Both the position numbers and the translations under genes were made by a program. A stretch of 64,000 bases of DNA from Octopus sinensis (taxonomy: Eukaryota): the NCBI RefSeq assembly GCF_006345805.1, contig NC_043007.1, forward strand, positions 6,634,001 through 6,698,000, given 5' to 3'. Shown here piece by piece: positions 1 through 13,999 of the stretch. How positions within the stretch are numbered: the first letter of the stretch is position 1; the number at the start of each line of letters is the position of its first letter. The notes beneath the pieces were generated by a model. That model was not told the DNA's origin. It saw nothing but the letters and a program-made list of their open reading frames with translations, and searched no databases.

Positions 1-238
1 CGGGACGGGAATGTCACCGGTAGGGTGAAAAATCGAATATTACACTAGAGTCACTTCAAAATATCGAATACAAATATTGATTTCTTACATTATCAGATAT
101 AATCGAATTTTATATACGCTGCACAGTCGATCAGCCCAACCTTTATAATTGAATTATATTTTGTTTATCAAAAAAGAAGAGAAGAAAAACTCGAAGAGGT
201 CTCAGCTCAAGGTAAAAAGCTATTTACTAAAAACTAGA

Positions 239-376
239 CGCAAGAATTTTGTGGTAAGAAGCGTCCTTCCTATCCACATGGTTTCGGGTTCAATCCCACA
301 GCGTGGCACATTGAACTAGTATCATTTACTATTGCCTCGAGCCTACCAAAGCATTGTGAGTGGATTTGGTAGACGT
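239..376 (+). mobile_element. tRNA-derived SINE (family A), decayed 5' part
   Basis: A-box-like GTGGTAAG, B-box GGTTCAATCCC, then body ...CCAAAGCATTGTGAGTGGATTTGGTAGACG shared with copies near 16980, 28919, 38568 and 43984. Confidence 0.75.
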
Positions 377-1309
377 GCGTATATATTTGTATATGACTGT
401 ATGTGAGGATATTTTTATACCTGAGAAGGGTTATTTTGCCCATAATAAACACACGCTCAGGTTCTATTTAACTTTTTCTGGTTATTCGGTAATTGCTTCA
501 GTATTTAACAATCTAATCGATTATCTGATTAATAATTTGATTAATCAGTCAATCACCCAGTTTTGTATGTGAGAATTCCTTCGACGTCAACCGCAACCTC
601 TTTAATGATATTCCCTCTCTACCCCACTTTTGCCTCAGGTCTCTCTATCTGCCTATCTCTTTGATATTCAGTTGAACAGTTGTTTAATTGTTAAGGAGAA
701 TGTTCGTGAATGTGGGAGGGAGAAATAAATAGAGTGTGTGCGTTGTTTAGTATGAGTGTGCATGTGTTTATGCGAGGATGCGTGTATGTTTGATGTCGCT
801 AATTCTGTAAATGTATTAGAAAGAACATGTTTGTGTGTCTGCCTGTAGATGTGTATGTATGCCTGTGTGCGTGTTCGCATTCGTGTATGTGTCTGGTATG
901 GGATTTGTGACGGATGTGGATGGTGAAACTTTTCCCTCTGAAACCATTTATCTATTGGTCCTGTGTTTATGCGTGGGCATCGGTGCGTATGACTCCACAT
1001 ATTGTCCAATTGAGTTACTTGTTTATAGAATGGTGCGGATCGAATTACATTTTAATAACATTTCCTCTCTCACTTCAATAATATCAATGAAGGAGTTTGA
1101 TGCCTGCTACTTCCATTTCGCCCACGTAAGCAAGCAGATAGTTCCGCGTGTACACAGAGGCTGCTTGTTTAAAACACCACCATCGAGTTGCTGGAGGTGG
1201 AGTGGTTTCTACATTTTAGCAGAATAATTGTTTTCAGCGAAGGAAGATTTCCAGTCACTTAATTGTATTTGTGTTATCTCCCTTATTGGTCACAAATATG
1301 GTGGAGGTA

Positions 1310-1520
<211 letters not shown>

Positions 1521-1653
1521 GGCGACGTGTTTCTTTGCTTCATGTGTGGTTTATTATTCATCTTGTACCTCTTGCCTGTGGACCGTATCCTTGAATATGT
1601 CTCGAAGTCCTGAGTAAAATACTGTAGACAAATAGGCTTGTTAACTATATGCG

Positions 1654-2110
1654 TCAAATGAAAGGTATACGAGGCTACAGTGCTTTCTTCCCTTCTTTGA
1701 GGAGCTGAACTTTGGACTGTCTATATAGCTCGACTGGGCAGGTTACATGTGCGTATTATGAGACGGATGCGACGAATTATGGATACCACTCTCTTTGACA
1801 AGATCAGGAATAAGAAAATCCTACGGTTGGGTTACCGCCAATGACGGAAATCCTCATGGATAGAAATTAGCATCACGTACACATAATGGGCTACAACAGA
1901 CTCCTCAGATAAATTTTCTGCTCCCGACTATGGAAATAGAAAGAAATCTTGGGTGACCTAGACTGACATTCAAAGATATTGCGAAAAGGAGTATGAAGTG
2001 GAAAGGAATTAATCACAAGAGATGACAAACTGAAGCAAAAAAAAAAAAAACTAAGGAGAAAGCATATGAAGCCGTGGTACAGCCATGAGCAGTCATCGTC
2101 GCGACGTCCG
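1654..2110 (+). pseudogene. RTE-clade LINE, decayed C-terminal ORF fragment
   Basis: Manual translation across stops and frameshifts: KVYEATVLSSLL*GAELWTVY...FDKIRNKKIL...HVHIMGYNRL...G*PRLTFKDIAKRSMK, matching the RTE post-RT motifs KVYxAxVLxxLLYGxETW, WxDKIxN and GRPRLRxKD. Confidence 0.75.
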
Positions 2111-3039
2111 ACTGTAGATAATGATAACGATCATTATTCATCTTAGTTATATTCATGGTGAGGCTATGTCGCCGGTGGAATTCTTTGCATCCTATTAGTA
2201 TACAGATAGATAGATAGATATACATATATGCATATGCACATTGCATGTTTATACATATATATATATATATTATATATATATATATGTATGTATATATATG
2301 TATATATGTTTACACACACATACATATAAACATACATACACTCACACATATATACATACATTGCAAAAGTCATACATTATTTGGAGAAGAACGTTCGTTT
2401 GGTTCGTTATTCTAGATGAGCAAAGTTAAAAGAGGGCAAGTAGAAATGGTAGCATTAAGTTTCTTGATTGATAAGGAATAGAAGTGAAAAGGCAAAGTTC
2501 ACAGATTGGTACCATGCTGCCGAAGAATATATCAGAGAGTCGAAAGGAAATATAAAAATTCCAAATTTAATGGAATGTGTTAAGAAAAATAACATGAAAT
2601 GTATAGAGTCTATAGTAGAATGTAACTTATGCAGCATCGTCGTATCGATCATGTTTGACCCTGTAAATTAAACAAGCAACTGGGCTTTAGTATTTTGAGT
2701 ATATCATGCAAAGATGTTCGCATAATCTGGACGTATCTTGTGATTGTTGGCAACGATGGTGGACACACTAATAGATCTTACGTGAAGAGGCGAAACGGTT
2801 TAAAGGAATGAATGGTTTCAGCAATGAGGAGAAAGTTCGAGGCGAGATTTAAGAACGTGGAAGTGCAGGGTCGGAGAAAATGACAAGAGCTTGCCGTTGT
2901 GAAGGATGATTGTATATATTTCTGACATACTTTGTTAATAACTTTCATAGATTAACGATCTATAATCTACGTCTTTACAGTGTAATTATATTTTCTATTA
3001 AATATAACACTCTCAAGTTTCATTGTATTATATTTTGAT

Positions 3040-3260
3040 AAGGCTGTGAGCAAGCGCAACTGTTGGTGCACCGGAAAACTACTAAAGAACATAACGTCCG
3101 TCTTTACGATCACCATTCAAATGCCGTTGAGGTCGACTTTGCCTTTCATCCTTTCGAGGATTTTGAAATAAGTAGCGGCTTGGCTTTGGGTTCGATGTAA
3201 TAGACTAACCCCCGCGCCCCATACACAAATATCAGGCATTGCGACTATAGAGGGAAGAAT
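3040..3260 (+). mobile_element. tRNA-derived SINE (family B, Meta-domain-like core), decayed
   Basis: Core GAGGTCGACTTTGCCTTTCATCCTTTCG shared with copies at 10812, 17700, 26737 and 40126. Confidence 0.7.
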
Positions 3261-5866
3261 CCTACAATCTTTGCTGATATCATTGTTGTTGGGGGAATGG
3301 GATTTTGCAAAATACTTTACCAAAACATTCTAAAAACAAAACAAAAAAAACCCCAGAAAACGAGACATTTGTATTAATCTGGAATGAAATGTGAGTTCTG
3401 ATTTCCACACATATTTTCCCTTTTGAGAACTTACTGCACCCATTTAAATGAAAAACTTTTACCGGTAATCAAAGAATCTTGTTATCTTCGAAAAAGCTTG
3501 TATAATGACTCGCTATAATTAGTATATTTAAATGGTTGTTTGCTTTCTTGGTACATTTCCGACATTAGAAAATTTCAATATCTGCTGCGGTTGAATATGT
3601 CGTATATATTTAATATTCACGTTCAGAGAAGAAAAACCTATCCCAGTAGTATCGGTGCACTACGTGGTGGCTCTTCTTTCAGCTCCATACATAGAAGCCA
3701 CATGCTCTCATGGTAAACTTCATCAACACACAAACATACGAATATTACACTTACCCAAGATATCACTGGCAGAAACGTTTCCCCCAAAAGTCAAACCCAA
3801 GGGAGATAATCAATCAAGAGTGGTTAGACAAGATTCTTCTCCTTTGAGTTTTTCTTGTTTATCAAAACTTCTCGTGAGTCTTTATCCTGTCTTCCCGTGT
3901 TTTCTCGTGTTTTAATCCAATATGGAGACGAACACATATTTGTCTCTACACTCGGCTTGAATAATTGTTTAGATAGTTTCTTAACATGAAACCAATAGCA
4001 GCCACTAATGCACAAATAAAATATGCATGCATACATATATGTGTGTGTGTGTGCGCGCGCTCGTGTGTGTGTGTGTTAGAAAAAGCTTATTTTCCTCGAA
4101 TTAATTATTTCTCATGTGTTGAACTCTAGCCAGATCAGTGGCAACAGGATATTACACTATAGTCTGGAGGCCATATTAAATTAAAGACAGTCTAATGAAT
4201 AATACTAGACATTTTGACATTTCATGTCACCCATATCTATATATAATCTTGAAGTTATGATCACGTAAATTCAATTATTATTTTCGAATTATATTTAAAT
4301 AATGTTCCACCATAAAATAACTTATTGATTTCTATGTATGATGTATGATGGAGACATATTTGACTGAATCCTGACACACAAAACATGATAAGGTAAATTA
4401 ATAATGCATAAGGTTTCTTTATATTACCGTTAGTTTGTCGCCATAGACTTGCAGAATCGTTAGCACACCAAAGAAAATTATAATGCCATATGAAGTAAAC
4501 TTTGTCGTTCCTCATTCTGGGTTTTAGTTAATAATAAAGTAATGTTTTAGTTCATTGGTCGATTTAATCAAGTCTACTTCTCACCAAAATATGTAGCCTT
4601 ATGCCACTGTTACAGTTACAAGTTGATATATTACTAGCAATTAGCTCTACAGAACCAGTTATTTTGAAAGGAAATCTCACTTTTGATTCCCTGGTAAATT
4701 ATAAATGCAGGTCATCGAAGTTTGTGCGCCAAGAAATCTTTCTACTTTTGTGCATGAATGATATCGACAAATCGTCATAGCTGTGGTTTTTGAAACATGT
4801 CCGAAAATGTCCATTGTATTTTATTATTAACAATGATTTAACATCTTACAATTTAGTGCTAACAGTGTTTACACCTGTACAGGAATGAGATTTCGTTGAT
4901 TAAATCTTGTATTATTATTTATTTCTCCCGCCGAACATCTAACAACATTTGGAACCTTTTCTATCCATTAACTACTTCCAAGCAGAAATCTCCATAGTCC
5001 TTGCATTTACGTACAATTTTATCCGGTATAAATAGTCCAACATATAACATATTTGAGAAATAAAAGCAACTTAAATAATATATAACAAAATATATAAGCA
5101 ACAGGATATACTTCAATAAAATCTCACGTAGCACGATCTTTTCTGTAAATAGATTCTTGCACTGATACACTTCATCATCGTATTGTAAATAATGATGAGA
5201 TTAACACTGGTTATATATTTGTATATCTAAACAAATCTACAATACCTTCTGTTGTAGATAGATTTGTTATAGATACATGTGAATCAAATCTTCTAGACTG
5301 CTTTATTATATTGAGTAAACACTCGCTATGCTGACATTTACATATCTGCCATATTTATCTTTCGTCTCAGGACTGGAAATCTCAAAACATGACAACCTTT
5401 TCTTTCCATCTCAACTTTCGTATGCTCTCCTTATTTGCCTTCTCTGGTTATCAAACATCCAAATCAAACACAGAAATGTATTTATACGTACATTTATTTG
5501 TCTATTTATTTATTTTGTGTAAAAGATTCATCGTTCTCCGATAATATAATATACGATGGATATAAAAACCAAAAACCTATTTAAATTGCATTACGGATTT
5601 ATACATAAATCAATTACAGCCACCATCACAATTGCTAGCGCGAGATTTCAGGATTTGATGTTCTTTCGGAAAACTATTTTTTCGAGAACTTGTTTTGTAT
5701 TTGTTATTATATATTTTGTTTAACACAATAAGAGCTGTGGACATCAAAATCAGTGGAGTGTAATATTAAAGACCTTTCAGATTTGGTTATGTTTCATTAG
5801 GTTTTGGGTAGAATATTTCACAAAATTGAAATTGCATTCCAAATATTCGATGTATATGTGTGTGAT

Positions 5867-5928
<62 letters not shown>

Positions 5929-6653
5929 ATTTGTATACACACCCACCCACACCTACATGTAGACATGCGCACAGTAAACAGCTAGAATAAAAACAGTGAG
6001 TTAAATATTCATTCTGATTTCCTTCCGGCAGCTTTCAACTTAAATATGCTAATCAATGTTGTTTCTCATAAATGGAGGAATCTGTGTTCATACCGGATCA
6101 GTAAATAACTTATTTGTTGAGTTATAATCAAGAGCCACAAAACTTTGTTAGATTCAGTAGACCGGGGATGGCTTTGGTTGTCAAGGCACAAGTGGTTCAA
6201 AACTCTCTTACGCGAAAGAATCAACTAAGTTGTGACAAAGCAGTCATCTGAAAGAAGTTATCCTCTGGCAAGAAACAGAATCACGTTCGAATCTACCGGA
6301 ACGTCAATTTTTTGTGCTTGCTATTAATTGCAATTATTCGTGCTATTAATTGGAACAATTTTGTGTACAGAGATCCATTCCAAAAAGAAATTATTTCTCA
6401 TTCTCTCGTAATATTTTAAAGTCTTATAACGTCGACAATCTGGTGAGAAGAAACTTTCTAAAATGGGTGTAAATTTTCGAAGAATTGCTTTGTTCCAAAG
6501 GTAGAACGACTTCTGTCCTGTCTCCAGGAACGGCAACCTTCGACTTATTTTATTGATAAGGTGTTTTGAAATTAATATATACATGGTTATTTATAGAATT
6601 TTACAAAATTAATTATTTTAGTTGTCTCGAAAATTCATAACTTATTGTAACGT

Positions 6654-6739
<86 letters not shown>

Positions 6740-6741
<2 letters not shown>

Positions 6742-7029
6742 GAAGGTTTGGAGATGATGTACAGGTATTATATATTAGAAAAATTGAGGTAATCAGATCA
6801 GATGGTTCATATTTGTAGATATTTATTTATATATTACATTTTTTACATATATATCATATCATATCATTCGGATTTCGGACTAGCGCTTGCTCCCTTTCTA
6901 GTGGGCTTTTCAAATCAAATCAAAGTTGTGGGGAGTTTGAACATTTTATAGTTTCATAGTAGTGGGTGAGGAGGAAGTGAGACAGAGAAAAAATGTGTGT
7001 ATGTGTATGTGTGTGTGTGTGTATATGTG

Positions 7030-7077
<48 letters not shown>

Positions 7078-7539
7078 TTTATATCTGAGAGTGAAGAAGT
7101 GAAGAATGATCATAGAAAGTGGGACATTTGCCAGGCCAACCTACGCACAACACACACTCAGTGACATCGAAATGGACGGCCAAAGTTCTTATAAAACCAC
7201 AGGCGGTCCAGCAGACCAACGGAAATAACACTTCTTCACTCTCAGATATAAACGCGCACACACACACACACACACGCGCGCGCACACACACATATACACA
7301 CACACACACACACATACACATACACACATTTTTTCTCTGTCTCACTTCCTCCTCACCCACTACTACGAAACTATAAAATGTTCAAACTCCCCACAACTTT
7401 GATTTGATTTGAAAAGCCCACTAGAATGGGAGCAAGCGCTAATCCGAAATCCGAATGATATGATATGATATATATGTAAAAAATGTAATATATAAATAAA
7501 TATCTACAAATATGAACCATCTGATCTGATTACCTCAAT

Positions 7540-7560
<21 letters not shown>
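6740..7560. mobile_element. (TA)n-flanked element with ~330-bp inverted arms (Penelope pLTR/retrozyme-like architecture)
   Basis: Arm 6769-7101 is the reverse complement of 7229-~7555, including an internal (CA)n; 127-bp spacer; long (TA)n on both sides. Confidence 0.75.
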
Positions 7561-7571
<11 letters not shown>

Positions 7572-8489
7572 CATATTTAATTGTGTCTCTTTTCTGGTGC
7601 TTCGCCGTTGAAATGGTCATATGGGGTGGGGCTGTTAAATAAGTAAATACATAAATAGCTGGGTGGCCTTATCCTTTGTACGACCGGTTGTAACGATCCT
7701 TCGTTATTTGATTCCCCCTCACCCCATCCTCTAACTTCCTTCATTGCTATAAATCTTCTTTACCCACACATGACATCGCGTTAGTTTTCATATATAATAC
7801 TACCAACATGAAATAACAAATGTTGTCTAAGGCCAGCAAGGGTCATAGAATCATGAATGATCACATGCTGTTGGATTTTGAATGTTTTTGAATGTTGAGG
7901 TTCACGTATTCACCTGACGAAAATGATTTTTTTATAATGATGTCATCGTTAATCAATTAAAAATTCATTGGAAACTTCTGAAGTGAATTGACACACCATC
8001 CATCTCTTATTATTTATTTATTTACTATTTACCTCCCTCGGAACCTGCTTCTTCCCTTGATCCGAAGTATATTATGGACCGTACATTTAATGCAATGCTC
8101 GTTTTTTGATTAGCCTCACGATATACTCAGGCGGCCCCGGTGAATTGAATACATAACCTGAATATCTTTCTGTCTGTACTTTGGTCCCCGCGTATGAATT
8201 TCTCTATTTTTGTTGTGTATGCATTTTATTTTGCGACCCGAGTGCCGGTGCCTTACCATTTAAGTGCTTGAATCACTGGAATCCTGATCTATTATGAATG
8301 AGCGTGTGTGTGAGTAGCGGTTCGGCAAAGAGGTCGATAAAATAAGTACCAGGCTTAAAATAGAAAATCACTAGGATCGATTCATTCGACTAAAACATTT
8401 TCAAGGTGGTGCCCCAGCATGACTTTAGTCCAATGGCTGAATCAAGTAAAAGATATAAGTAAAAGATATATATATATATATATATAATA

Positions 8490-8707
8490 GAAATATTAAA
8501 ATTACTAAGTCTCTCTAAAAGAGAACAACGGCAGCGTTCCCGGAAAATATTAGTTATCGCCATACTAATATGGCATTCAAAGGTTATATGGATACAGTTT
8601 GTGTATCAAATAGCTAACTTAAGGCGATGGCCTCATGGAGCTAATAAGCGGACAGCTTTATTCTTATTTTTATAAGAATGCCATATTAGTATGGCGATAA
8701 CTAATAT
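8490..8707. repeat. (TA)n-flanked short element with 32-bp inverted repeat
   Basis: ATATTAGTTATCGCCATACTAATATGGCATTC (8547-8578) versus GAATGCCATATTAGTATGGCGATAACTAATAT (8676-8707). Confidence 0.8.
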
Positions 8708-8839
8708 ATATATATATATATATATATGCATATATACATGTGTGTGTGTATGTGTGGAGACATAGAAGTAGTGGAGAAAGTGAATAAAATGTGTTATATA
8801 ATTAATGTTGCGCGGCGCCCGTTTGACTGACGAAGAAGG

Positions 8840-9055
8840 AAAGCGATTATGGCGGAATCGTTAGCGCGCCGGGCGAGACGCTTAACGACATTTCATCCGT
8901 CTTCGTGTTCTGAGTTCAAATTCAGCCGCGATCGACTTTGCTTTTCATTATTTTGAGGTCGATAAATGAGGTACGAATTGAGTACTGGGGTCGACGTAAC
9001 CGATTTACTCCCTTCTTCGAAATTGCTGGCTCTGTACCAAAAATTGAAATTATTA
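8840..9055 (+). mobile_element. SINE family B copy
   Basis: GGCGGAATCGTTAGCGCGCCGGGCG...GAGTTCAAATTC...TCGACTTTGCTTTTCAT...TACTGGGGTCGA. Confidence 0.75.
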
Positions 9056-9814
9056 TTGCTGCTGCTGTTGCTGCTGCTGCAGCTGTTGTTATTACAATTT
9101 ATAGTAAATCAAATTTCAAAATTAAGTCAACGATAAATGACTCCTGTTTCCACGATCCGATGCTAATTTCGTAATGTGTATTATCATTAAATTAATGCCT
9201 CTGCCTAATTTGCGAAGTTAGATAAATACGGTCGAACTGCAACTTGTCACACACACATATCTCCGAAATCCGCGTTCGCTTTATTTTCTCAGTAACCAGA
9301 TGAAAGCAATGATATACTAGCGATAGTGTTCAGGAAAAACAATATAATCGATTAGGTCTTACTCACTGGTTGGAATAATTTGAGCAAGAGATTTCACATT
9401 ACATTTAATACACTCATGTGAATTTAAGGTCATCATAATGTGTGTGTATGTGTGTGTGAATTTCCTATTTATATAATTTTACCAATGAATATACAGGCCT
9501 AATTCAGAGGTTTCTTCGAAAATTGATAAGCCCCAATAATCGATTTCCGAATCACATTGGGGTCTCATCAGAGACGTCTACGTCAATTCAACCAATCCCA
9601 GAGAGAGAAGCACTCAATGTTGTTTATATATACTCATCAATTACAGCGGAAAAGAGAAAATTCACGTTCCGTAAATGCTAACGCTATTTTACATACATAT
9701 ATATATGTACATACATACACATACATACATACATACATACATACAGGCATACATACATGCATACATACGTACATACATACATATATACATACATACACAC
9801 ACACACACACAACC

Positions 9815-10253
9815 CAATCAACCGCAGGGAGAAATTTCACATTGAGGAGCCTGCGCTGCCACCCAGACTCCGACGGATAGTATCCTCTATCTAGTGGGGT
9901 TCAATTCCAGGTGGCAAACCACTGACCCAGACCCTCATCAATTTTTACCCACAATAAGTGGGAAGAAACAACATTTCTTTACCCTCAACGGGCTGGCTCG
10001 CAAAACAGCGAGCTCCCTCTGAGGTGTCAAACAGCAACCACACCGTTTCATGTTTGATACCCTTAGAGATATACTTAATGATCGGCAGATGTTCCGCCAA
10101 CTCCTGCTCAATCATCTGCTTGGAGAAGACAGTAATGGTGTCGAGAACCTTTGAATACGTTCTCAACACCACCGTCCTCTCCTCTTGTTGTCTGAGCCAC
10201 TCCTTAGGTGGGACTATCTCCCACTCTACAAACTTATCCGTATTTTTTGCCAT
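9815..10253 (-). pseudogene. Probable L1/Tx1-type LINE ORF1 N-terminal fragment
   Basis: Non-repetitive 102-aa ORF whose frame continues past the stop as *KLMRVWVSGLPPGIEPH*IED, resembling the RRM-like VxVxGxPP segment of non-LTR ORF1 proteins; in-frame stops; A-rich purine leader upstream. Confidence 0.5.
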
Positions 10254-10811
10254 GTTTTAAATTAAAAAGAAGTCCAAAACAATAGTTCACAAATTTCAAA
10301 AAGAAAAGTGAGAAGTGAAAAGGAAACAAAAAGGAAGAAGAGAAAAAGCAAACAGTTCAATAAAAAAGTCACAATAGAAGAAGAAAACAACAGTTCAACA
10401 ATTCCTCGACTTTCGCGGGTTTTACGTTCCAAAACTTCCTCCATTCTGCATTTCAATGCGAATCGTTTTGATTTGCTACAGGTGATTGTTTCAATTTCGG
10501 ATTTTGATTAGGTAAGAACATTTTATTTCTCAAGCAAAATTGAGGCATTTTGCACACTATCCGTCATGACATCAATTTGACAAAATTTGTCTGAAAGCGT
10601 AAAATTCCGCCATTTTACGCAAATGCACAAAAATGACGACGACACGGGTTCAATGCCAGACTCTGCTCCTTTTTTCGTCAAATTAGTCCTACTCGTTAAT
10701 ATAGATTTAAAATCTTTGCAAAATGTCTAAATTTGATGAAAATGTTTCATGGCTATCAATAGACATTTTATTGACGGTAAATCATTATCGGGTACCTCAG
10801 CTAGTATCTAT

Positions 10812-11045
10812 ATATTTCTTTATTGCCCACAAGGGGCTAAACACAGAGGGGACAAACAAAGACAGACAAACGGATTAAGTGGATTACATCGACCCCAGTG
10901 CGAAACTGGTACTTTATTTATCGACTCCAAAAGCAGGAAAGGCAAAGTCGACCTCGGCGGAATTTGAACTCAGAACGTAACGACAGACGAAATACCGCTA
11001 AGCATTTCGTCCGGCGCGCTAACGTGTCTGGCAGCTCGCCGCCTT
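10812..11045 (-). mobile_element. Full-length SINE family B with 13-bp target-site duplication
   Basis: Minus-strand head AAGGCGGCGAGCTGCCAGACACGTTAGC...GAGTTCAAATTCC; TSD CCTCAGCTAGTAT at 10795-10807 and 11047-11059. Confidence 0.9.
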
Positions 11046-11062
11046 CCCTCAGCTAGTATATA

Positions 11063-11143
<81 letters not shown>

Positions 11144-11177
11144 ATATATATACATATAATATATATATTATATATAA

Positions 11178-11231
<54 letters not shown>

Positions 11232-12434
11232 ATAAGTGTGTGCATGTGTCAGTGTACAGATGAGTGATTTTGTTTGGAATATATTAGCAGCTGATGAGAC
11301 TCATATCGTAATATCTCGAGGATTAAGAAAAGTGTCTAATCAATTGGATGACCAGAATCGTTGCATCTTTTGCATCATTCATCTTGAAAGTTGGTCACTA
11401 GTTATATATCTTGAAGGCGAGATTCTTATTAGTTGTGACTGATTACGCAATCGAAATTCACGCGGGCTGCTGTTAAGATCAATTAAAGGCATCATTATGC
11501 CATGGTCGCTTTGCTGTTATCTAGCATTCAATCTGAGGCATACCTTCCATTTGAAAGAATTTCACATCTTGGTTTTCCTGGCATTATTTTCAGAGTCAGA
11601 TGTTTGGAAAATACTGCATGGGAAAATGACTTCAGTTATGATGATACCTAAATTACTCTTTGAGGATAGAGGGAGCTGCTTTATTAAATGGAATTTTATT
11701 TTAAAGAGGCAGATCCTACGGCTATTAACCGATGAATATGGTGGGACCTACCGACGATGACCAACGTTAAGAAGGGAAATCTTTGCTCTGTTGTTTATTT
11801 TCTAAATTAAGCAGGTCATTAAAGTGTAGGATACAAAAAATTGTAGATACCACCTATAATGCATTTTGATGTGGTTGACGGTGATCCTTATATACATTTC
11901 ATTTGAATAACATTTGGAAGTAACTCTAAATACTACGGTTCTGCGAAAGCAAAATTTCGTCAGTGGCAAATTGACTAAATTTAAACTAAATTTGAGAGAG
12001 ATTTGCTTGGATAGATGTCATAAATGTAAACTGCCGTGTAATGCTGGGACCAAGTTTAGCATGTATTACTATTGTTAACAGTATAAGCACTGAAAAATCT
12101 GTGGGTATCTATATTAAATCGTGATGTCGTGCTCTATAAATATACAAATCACGAAGTAATATCTTTTGTGTGAGTGGACTAACCCATTTTATTTTCTGTC
12201 CTCTGGTATCTCTATTTTGCGGATGAATGATAAATTATCCATATACTCTAATATAAAGGAGAAGAAAATCCTGGATAGCGATTCAGCATTGTAGGAGAGA
12301 GTATTAAAAGAATTTCCCTAACGGTTAATGAGCAGCTGTGTCTCCTTGTATATGCCATTGGTGTTCTAATTGTAGCAGGGGTAGTTGTAGGTCTTACGGG
12401 TATATATCTATATATGTATATCCATATCTATGTC

Positions 12435-12515
<81 letters not shown>

Positions 12516-12527
12516 GTAGATAGATAA

Positions 12528-12564
<37 letters not shown>

Positions 12565-13357
12565 GAGATAGATATAGATATATATAGATATATAAATCTT
12601 CTGCTCGTTTGATTTTCCAAAGAAATATTTCTTACCAATCTGAAGATCACATGTAATATGTAAGAAAATTGTTATAAATTATTTGAGCGAAAGAAGATAT
12701 ATCTGGGCTAATCTCCTGGAACATAGCTACCAGACCCATTCTGAATGTTACAAAAATTGTGGTTTTTCAATACTGTATGAGAAGCCAATCTTCCGAACCA
12801 TTGTTTTTTTATTGTTTTTTTTTTATTTTGAGCTGCTGTCAGATATAAGAAGTGTTTCTGTTTATGAGTTGTTATCAATAAATAATCTTGAATTCCAGAT
12901 ACCTTTTGTCTGTCGTTGCCGCCCTTCGAAACGCTGAAAAGCGAGTTACCCATCTATCTTATTTGATAGTATTAACCATATTTTAAAACGTAAGTCGTTG
13001 GCGTTCTATAGTTCGCTACTCTTACAAGTTACTGATTTTAAGAAACTGTTTCCCGAACTTTAGAGCTTTAAAAGGATTGTCTACAAATGTGGATGCGTAG
13101 AAATAAAAGTTGACAATATCAAACTTAATAAGTTTCGAGGAGATTTTGCTTATAAACTCAATTACAGGGACGCCGTACGCTTTTAATTTCCAGGTTAATG
13201 AGAGAAAGAATGCGCTCCCTCATTATGCCTAATTTGCTTTGCGTGCTGAAAAGATAATTGTAACCCGTAAGAGTAATGAGGAAGGACTCATAGCGGTGTG
13301 ATCCACGTGGTATTCTGTGTGTCAATGGCAAACACTTGCGTTCCTGCATCTACATTA

Positions 13358-13563
13358 CACTAATCCCTCGCAATATCGCGGTTCACCAATCGCGCACTCA
13401 GTACTTCGCGTATTTTTCTGGCTAATATATATAAATTTGTATCTCGGACTCCTTAGTATATCCGGGTTTCATCCGCCGATATATATTTATATTTTTTTGG
13501 GTTGTTAATTTTTTCTGGAGGAAGTTTTGGAACGTAAAACCCTCAAATGTCGAGGGATTACTG
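13358..13563. mobile_element. Tigger/pogo-like MITE
   Basis: TIRs CACTAATCCCTCG ... CGAGGGATTACTG (12/13 match), preceded by TA; start resembles the Tigger-type CAGTAATCCCTCGnnATATCGCGGTT terminus. Confidence 0.7.
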
Positions 13564-13819
13564 TTTATATTTCGGAGATGGTTTCCTTCGTAGTTTGTGT
13601 GGTGTTCTCAATTAAAACCCCTACTGGATGTTATGATGACAACTTCAGACAACATTTGGCATGGAAACGAAAGTACAAACAACGAATCATACAGCTTGGA
13701 TGAATAACGTCCGAACAAAAAGTATCATATTTTCCCCCAAACATTATATTTTGTAAGTATACATTTCCTCGAAAGTATGTGCGTGTGTGTGTGCAAGTGT
13801 GTATACATGTGTGTATGTA

Positions 13820-13867
<48 letters not shown>

Positions 13868-13999
13868 TATATATACGCATCCACACACATTCATTCGCGC
13901 ACTCACACATATATACAGCTTGTGATGAGTGAATTGTCGACATTTTGTATTTTTTATTTTGCGCATGTGCATTGTTTTTTTTTTTTTTCTACCTTATCG

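Noticed and set aside
2700-2910. Possible CR1/Jockey-type LINE 3' remnant on the minus strand (also 18030-18430, 40421-40475)
   Set aside because: Only faint motif resemblance (e.g. WNSLP); too decayed to support without a search.
9523-9571. Minus-strand CTGATGA next to a CCCCAAT/ATTGGGG stem
   Set aside because: The CTGATGA is itself paired within a simple hairpin, and no correctly placed GAAA or NUH follows.
11287-11330. CTGATGAGAC as a possible HHR core
   Set aside because: No GAAA after a closed stem II and no stem I partner.
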